A DNA stretch of 11,859 nt from Bdellovibrionota bacterium (GTDB taxonomy: Bacteria; Bdellovibrionota_C; UBA2361), in assembly GCA_044352465.1 (NCBI GenBank), contig JBILDU010000089.1, positions 1 to 11,859 of the forward strand, read 5' to 3'. The position numbers and the translations under genes are program-made. A model generated the notes under the pieces. It was not told where the DNA came from. It did not search any database and saw nothing but the letters and a program-made list of their open reading frames with translations. Below are positions 7,247 to 11,859 of the stretch, piece after piece. Numbering within the stretch: position 1 is the first letter of the stretch; the number at the start of each line of letters is the position of its first letter.

Positions 7247-8206
7247 ATGAAAAACATCGTTGTTATCGGTGCTGGTCAACTCGGAAGTCGGCATACCCAA
7301 GCTCTTAAAGCGGTTGCAGCTCCCTTGCATATTTTTGTCATCGATCCCTCAGAGGAAGCGCTTGCACTCACCAGACAGCGCTACGCAGATATGCCCGGAG
7401 ATGGCTCAGCCCATCAGATTGAGTTTTCCCGAGTCGTTCCGGCGAGCCTAGAGCATGTGGATTTCGCAATCATAGCGACGAATGCGGATGTTCGCTTGGA
7501 GGCTCTCCGAAACCTGCTCTCCGGTCGGTCGGTCGATGCGGTAGTTCTGGAGAAAATTCTTTTCCAACATCCCAGTGACTATGATGAGGCGCTCCGAATC
7601 ACCGCTGCTGCCGGCGTCAAAGCCTGGGTCAACTGTTGTATGCGGCAGAGTTGGATATACGACCATATCTGGAAGACCTTGAAGGGGACAGGCCGGTTCC
7701 ACTATCACGTGACCGGCAGTGTGTTTGGGCTGATGACGAATGCGATCCATTACGTCGATCATATGTGCCATCTCATCGGGATGAACGAGTTTATTGTGGA
7801 TCCGCACGGGCTTGATCGGACCCTTGTTTCGAGTAAACGGCGGGGATTCTCGGAGTGTACGGGCGAGCTCCGTGTCGCTTTCGCTGATGGGAGCTCGGGC
7901 TCCTTCCTCTGTTTCCCGAGTGGAGGCACTCCCTTAGTCGTGGAGATTAGCTCGGCTGCGGGACGATTTATCGTTCGAGAAGTTGACGGGATCGCCTACT
8001 ACTCCGGAGTAAGGAATAACTGGGGATGGCAGCAGCTCGACGGTACGCTGAGCTTTCAGAGTAAGCTTACGACGACTCTCACCGAAGATGTTCTTTCAAC
8101 CGGGAGCTGTATGCTGACACCGCTGGCTGAGTCGACCCGTATTCACCTGTCTCTCTTCGAGCCGCTGCGGAGTTTTTTTGGAACCGTAATATTTCCCTTT
8201 ACCTGA
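7247..8206 (+). CDS. Gfo/Idh/MocA family NAD-dependent oxidoreductase
   Basis: IVVIGAGQLGSRH, DFAIIATNA, VVLEKIL (EKP-like), WVNC..R, NAIHYVD. Confidence 0.85.
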   Translation: MKNIVVIGAGQLGSRHTQALKAVAAPLHIFVIDPSEEALALTRQRYADMPGDGSAHQIEFSRVVPASLEHVDFAIIATNADVRLEALRNLLSGRSVDAVVLEKILFQHPSDYDEALRITAAAGVKAWVNCCMRQSWIYDHIWKTLKGTGRFHYHVTGSVFGLMTNAIHYVDHMCHLIGMNEFIVDPHGLDRTLVSSKRRGFSECTGELRVAFADGSSGSFLCFPSGGTPLVVEISSAAGRFIVREVDGIAYYSGVRNNWGWQQLDGTLSFQSKLTTTLTEDVLSTGSCMLTPLAESTRIHLSLFEPLRSFFGTVIFPFT

Positions 8207-8212
8207 TGTGGT

Positions 8213-9766
8213 GTGCCTGTGAAACGACGATGCCTCATCCACGTTTTCGCCCCGCAAAATATGCTCCCGGCAGTGTCCGCTGTCCGGTGGTTTGGGATGA
8301 GGGAGTATGGCGATGCGGTAGCTGAGGTCGTTCTTCTCATTCATATGCCGGGTTGGGAGATCGATCGACTACAGAGGATAGTGCCGATCATCGAGCGGCA
8401 GGCGCGCAGTCAGGGATGGCTCGACGTTCGTGTTTTAACCGAGTCGCAGATAGCGAATATCGTTGGCCCCTCGGGGAATCATGACGATCCGGGAGCGATT
8501 GAGCGATTTCGGCGCGTGTTGGGAAACGAAGCTGACGCCTTCACCGAAGTGTATTTCTCTCACCTGGTGGGTGGGCATGCGGCACAGTTGTGCCTGCGAG
8601 CGTTCCCGCAGGCTAGTCGGGTAACCTACGGGGAGAGTATGGGGCTCATGGAGGACAAAGATTATGTTCTCGCGAGCATCACCGGAGCTGGATGGGATGA
8701 GAGTACCCAGCATCTTCGCCGGCGGCCTGAGCCTGATGCGACTAAAGCTGTTCTTATTCTTCCGGCTGATCAGACTGGCGATTGCCTCCAGGGTAAAGAG
8801 CTTTTCGTTGTGCCACGCGATCTCGCGTTGCAGGTTATCGCTGATTTTCAGATCACATCTCCCGAGCTGGGAGCATACAGTCGAGAGCTTCTCAGGCAAG
8901 CCAGTGGCCCAAAATTTCTTTTTATTGCCGCAAATCTCTCGGATATTGGAATCGTCTCGCCCGAGGGAGAGCGTGATCTCTATGTCGAGATGATTGAATC
9001 GTGTGCTCCGTCGGGGGCGAGTATCTTAATCAAGGCCCATCCACTCTCGACGTTCCCCATCGACATCTTGACGGCGGAGAAGCTGCGGAGCCGCTACGAC
9101 GTTCACATAGTTTCGCCTGAGTTCAATCGCTATCCGATGGAACTATGGTCCGATCTGCTCAGAGAGTGTGAGGTTATCTCTTTGTCCTATTGTAGCATCA
9201 GCCTGGAATATCTTTTTGAGAAGCCGGTACATTACCCCCTCAATATCGATATCATAAAAAAATACATCGACGAGCGGGCATGGAATCGTTGGCGAGACGG
9301 TGATGAGTTTTTTCGGCAACAGAGGCAGATGCTTAAGACGTGGGATCGAAATGGCGTCTTGTGCTCCGGGAGACGCATTTCATTTGCGCCGACACGTGCC
9401 CCAGCTCTATCTCAGGATATCGACGGAGCAGAGCGGAAAAACCAGCAGGGCGTAGCGCTTGTGCAAGCAGGCCGGCTTAGCGAGGCAGTCGAGATCTTCA
9501 AGGAGGGACTGGCGCTGGCACCGGCGTATGGGGCTATTGCAACAAACCTCGGAGTTCTAAGCTGGAACTCGAAGAATCAGACCGATGCGGTGACATACTT
9601 CTCTCTCGCCCTCCTGAGTGAGCCGGATAATCGAGTTGCCGTGCTTAATCTTTCACATGTCTTGCTGAGTCTGGGAAATCGCCAGGCGGCAAAAGCCGTT
9701 TGTTTTAGGTATCTCCAGCGACACGTGGAGGATACGGAGATGTTCGGTGTGTGGAGAAGCATCTAG
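8213..9766 (+). CDS. Putative sialyltransferase-like (GT-B) glycosyltransferase with C-terminal TPR repeats
   Basis: YGESMG (from 8627) and ILIKAHP (HP at 9038-9043), followed by YPMELW and ISLSYCS, resemble the D/E-D/E-G, HP and SS/T motifs of bacterial sialyltransferases. TPR-like helices from about 9430 (NQQGVALVQAGRLSEAVEIFKEGLALAP; NLGVL; ALLSEPDN..AVLNL). GTG start 6 nt after the previous stop. Confidence 0.6.
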   Translation: MPVKRRCLIHVFAPQNMLPAVSAVRWFGMREYGDAVAEVVLLIHMPGWEIDRLQRIVPIIERQARSQGWLDVRVLTESQIANIVGPSGNHDDPGAIERFRRVLGNEADAFTEVYFSHLVGGHAAQLCLRAFPQASRVTYGESMGLMEDKDYVLASITGAGWDESTQHLRRRPEPDATKAVLILPADQTGDCLQGKELFVVPRDLALQVIADFQITSPELGAYSRELLRQASGPKFLFIAANLSDIGIVSPEGERDLYVEMIESCAPSGASILIKAHPLSTFPIDILTAEKLRSRYDVHIVSPEFNRYPMELWSDLLRECEVISLSYCSISLEYLFEKPVHYPLNIDIIKKYIDERAWNRWRDGDEFFRQQRQMLKTWDRNGVLCSGRRISFAPTRAPALSQDIDGAERKNQQGVALVQAGRLSEAVEIFKEGLALAPAYGAIATNLGVLSWNSKNQTDAVTYFSLALLSEPDNRVAVLNLSHVLLSLGNRQAAKAVCFRYLQRHVEDTEMFGVWRSI

Positions 9767-9842
9767 CTTCGACGATTTTTGAGGGGAGCTGAGTTCGCAC
9801 GGCCTGTTACGGTGGTAAAGCTGACAAGGATGACTATAAATC

Positions 9843-10120
9843 ATGCGTTTTGTCGTTTTGGTTAAAGAGAGACCCGGCTTGTTCGCCGCGCTGGGTTTTT
9901 AAAGTCACGTGTCGAGCGACTTGACGTCAGTATCGGAGCTCGTTCGGACCTGTTCCCGACGGCTCTTTTTCATTCGGCTCCTGATATTTTAGTTTCCGAT
10001 CTTTCGCGATGGGTCGTTCCAGCTACTGTCTTGGGTGAGGTGAAATGCGCGGCTGTGAATTTTCATCCTGGTCCCCCTGACTATCCGGGGGGCGGCTGCA
10101 CGCATTTCGCCCGGTATCAC
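9843..10120 (+). pseudogene. Sugar N-formyltransferase family pseudogene (frameshifted and 3'-truncated)
   Basis: ATG at 9843 gives MRFVVLVKERPGLFAALGF* (TAA 9900-9902). The -1 frame continues LKSRVERLDVSIGARSDLFPTALFHSAPDILVSDLSRWVVPATVLGEVKCAAVNFHPGPPDYPGGGCTHFARYH, which contains the formyltransferase NxHP...P.YPG motif. The expected downstream G.T.H......D.G motif is absent. Confidence 0.8.
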
Positions 10121-10179
10121 ATCTCTAAAAGGAAGGCTGACTCGCTTAACTGTCTGTCTCTCAATACGGGGGAGGTTCA
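10121..10179 (+). mobile_element. IS3-family-like terminal remnant (transposase tail plus right inverted repeat)
   Basis: Ends CTGTCTCTCAATACGGGGGAGGTTCA (reverse complement TGAACCTCCCCCGTATTGAGAGACAG), with the TG..CA terminus and C-rich core typical of IS3-family IRs. Translates LNCLSLNTGEVQ, like OrfB tails that read into the IR. Sits exactly between two broken genes. Left boundary approximate. Confidence 0.6.
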
Positions 10180-10494
10180 GCAATATCATTCTCGTCGGGT
10201 GACACGGCGACCTACCTGGGTCTATGGCAGATGCCTGGGCCATGGGCGGTACAGGTTTGTACGGCGGAGGCTCGGTTCGAGATGAGGCCTCTGGAGCAGT
10301 TAGGGATTCAGAGAAAAGGGTGCCGGCAAGTCACACCTGTCCCGCCGAACGAATGGGATGCTCATTGTAAGCCGGGTATCAGGGCAATCGTTGAAGAACT
10401 CGCCAGAGCGGTGCTCGGAGAACCTCATCGACTTCCGACCCTCTCCGAGGGGGTGAAGGTCATGCGTCTGATCGAGAGGATTTTTCGATCGTGA
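10180..10494 (+). pseudogene. C-terminal fragment of a second Gfo/Idh/MocA family oxidoreductase
   Basis: From 10180: AISFSSGDTATYLGLWQMPGPWAVQVCTAEARFEMRPLEQ...WDAHCKPG...LPTLSEGVKVMRLIERIF*. I recognise this as the C-terminal pattern (SGD..Y..W..PGPW, RPLE, D..KPG, terminal helix) of glycan-cluster Gfo/Idh/MocA proteins. No N-terminal Rossmann domain is present, and there is an in-frame TAA at 10147-10149. Confidence 0.7.
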
Positions 10495-10708
10495 GTTGAT
10501 GGCATAGTTTGGGGAGTGAGAATAGCTCATTCGCCGATTGGTTTTTGGCGCTACCCCATGTATTGAGAGCCCCTACATTCTCGAATTTATTCAGATGGTT
10601 AATGGCCCCTGGGCGAGGAGCAAGGACGGGGCTAAGATTCACGAATCGGGGTCGAACCTTCGGTAATCCTAATCCCTGCGAAGTGCAGTGTTTAAAGGGT
10701 TACGGATT

Positions 10709-11662
10709 ATGAACATCCTTATCACAGGGGGCGCCGGATATGTTGGTGGAGCTCTCACTGACCAGCTGCTCGACTCCGGACATAACGTCAAGGTGTACGA
10801 TTGCCTTCTCTATGAGGAGTCGTTTCGAAAGGATGTTGAGTTCATCTTCGGCGATATTCGTGACTTCGCTAAGTTAGGCCCACTTTTAAGTTGGGCGGAT
10901 GTCGTCGTCTGGCTTTCAGCTTTCGTTGGTGATGGGGCGTGCGCGATTAATCCTGATGTTACGAAGGCAACGAATGATGAGGCGGTAAAATGGCTATCCG
11001 AGAATTTTGATGGGCGGATAATTTTTCCCTCAACATGCTCAGTGTACGGAGCCCAAGATGGAGTTCTCACTGAGGAATCACCGACGAACCCTCTTTCGGT
11101 CTATGCGACCACCAAGCTTGCGGCCGAGCAGCATCTTATTCACAAAGATGCCCTGATCTTTCGATTGGGGACCCTCTTCGGTGTCGGCGACCAGTATGCC
11201 CGGATTCGCCTTGATCTGGTCGTGAATGCTCTAACGGTGCATGCCGCTACACGTGGTGAGCTCACCGTTTTCGGAGGCGATCAATTTCGCCCTCTTCTGC
11301 ACGTGAAGGATGTTGCAAACGCGATAGTAGAGAATCTCGAGAGCGAGCACCGCGGAGTCTTCAACTTACACCGCCAAAACGTCCGTATTGTTGATGTTGC
11401 ATACCAGATTAGGAATCATTTCCCCGATTCGATAATCAATACAACTGCGATTAAGTTCCAAGATGCGCGTAACTATCGAGTGAGTAGCGATAAGGCACGG
11501 AATATCCTTGGCTGGACTCCTCAGTGGTCGATCGATGATGGAATTGAGGAGATCAAGGAGCTCATCATGAATCGTCGCCTTAAAGATGTACAGAACCCGC
11601 GGTACACGAATCAGCTCTTTCTCTCAAAATTTGTCGATAATCTAGAAAAACTAAATGTGTGA
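10709..11662 (+). CDS. NAD-dependent epimerase/dehydratase (extended SDR)
   Basis: MNILITGGAGYVG, GDIRD, PSTCSVYG, YATTK (canonical YxxxK), FRLGTLFG, GGDQFRPLLHVKDVA, DARNYRVS. ATG 10709 preferred over GTG 10688 because the Rossmann motif follows immediately. Confidence 0.92.
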   Translation: MNILITGGAGYVGGALTDQLLDSGHNVKVYDCLLYEESFRKDVEFIFGDIRDFAKLGPLLSWADVVVWLSAFVGDGACAINPDVTKATNDEAVKWLSENFDGRIIFPSTCSVYGAQDGVLTEESPTNPLSVYATTKLAAEQHLIHKDALIFRLGTLFGVGDQYARIRLDLVVNALTVHAATRGELTVFGGDQFRPLLHVKDVANAIVENLESEHRGVFNLHRQNVRIVDVAYQIRNHFPDSIINTTAIKFQDARNYRVSSDKARNILGWTPQWSIDDGIEEIKELIMNRRLKDVQNPRYTNQLFLSKFVDNLEKLNV

Positions 11663-11768
11663 GGAGAGAGCGTGACAGTCGTTGTCTCGTGAAAGCCTGA
11701 GAGCCGTGCTCAGTTGGGTGACTGTCCGGTCTCGGCAGCGCCACGACCCTCACTGTTTTGAATCCATT

Positions 11769-11859
11769 ATGTCAAAGAGGGACACCCCGAAACGCGCCTA
11801 TTTTCTCGAGACTGATCAGCCCATGGTCGGTTTCTCGTGTCCGGAACCGGTCCGATGGT
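11769..11859 (+). CDS. Possible start of the next gene (partial, runs off the right edge)
   Basis: ATG at 11769 is open to the edge (MSKRDTPKRAYFLETDQPMVGFSCPEPVRW). No clear SD and no recognisable motif. Confidence 0.25.
   Translation, partial: MSKRDTPKRAYFLETDQPMVGFSCPEPVRW

Noticed and set aside
10031..10285. 84-aa ORF as a real small gene
   Set aside because: It is a chimera of the formyltransferase remnant, the IS-like tail and out-of-frame oxidoreductase sequence.
145..11070. Numerous 60-154 aa alternative-frame and antisense ORFs in the track
   Set aside because: Most overlap well-supported genes or the pseudogene fragments and none shows a recognisable motif; treated as shadow ORFs.
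11661..11692. Strong SD-like GAGGAGAG followed by GTG right after the final SDR
   Set aside because: The frame closes after six codons (VTVVVS*), with no recognisable continuation.
1..11859. CRISPR arrays, tRNA/rRNA genes, long tandem repeats
   Set aside because: No periodic repeat-spacer structure or RNA-gene signature was seen by eye; intergenic gaps are short (about 210 bp at most).

Overview
Bacterial surface-glycan (O-antigen/capsule/protein-glycan type) biosynthesis and tailoring locus with two divergent arms separated by only 101 bp (5092-5192). The minus-strand arm is tightly coupled: NodU/CmcH-type carbamoyltransferase, GT2-like glycosyltransferase, RmlC/RfbC, an atypical extended SDR (YxxxH), a CmcI-family O-methyltransferase, and an ORF running off the left edge. 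The plus-strand arm has a class I SAM methyltransferase, a PhyH-type Fe/2OG dioxygenase, a Gfo/Idh/MocA oxidoreductase, a putative sialyltransferase-like GT with C-terminal TPRs, a decayed segment, and an intact NAD-dependent epimerase/dehydratase. The decayed segment (about 9843-10570) is not resolved by the ORF track. It reads as a frameshifted, truncated formyltransferase joined through an IS3-like terminal remnant to the C-terminal fragment of a second Gfo/Idh/MocA gene. Three left-arm genes each carry a G8 tract on the coding strand, suggesting possible phase variation. All family calls come from motif recognition by eye; no database searches were run.
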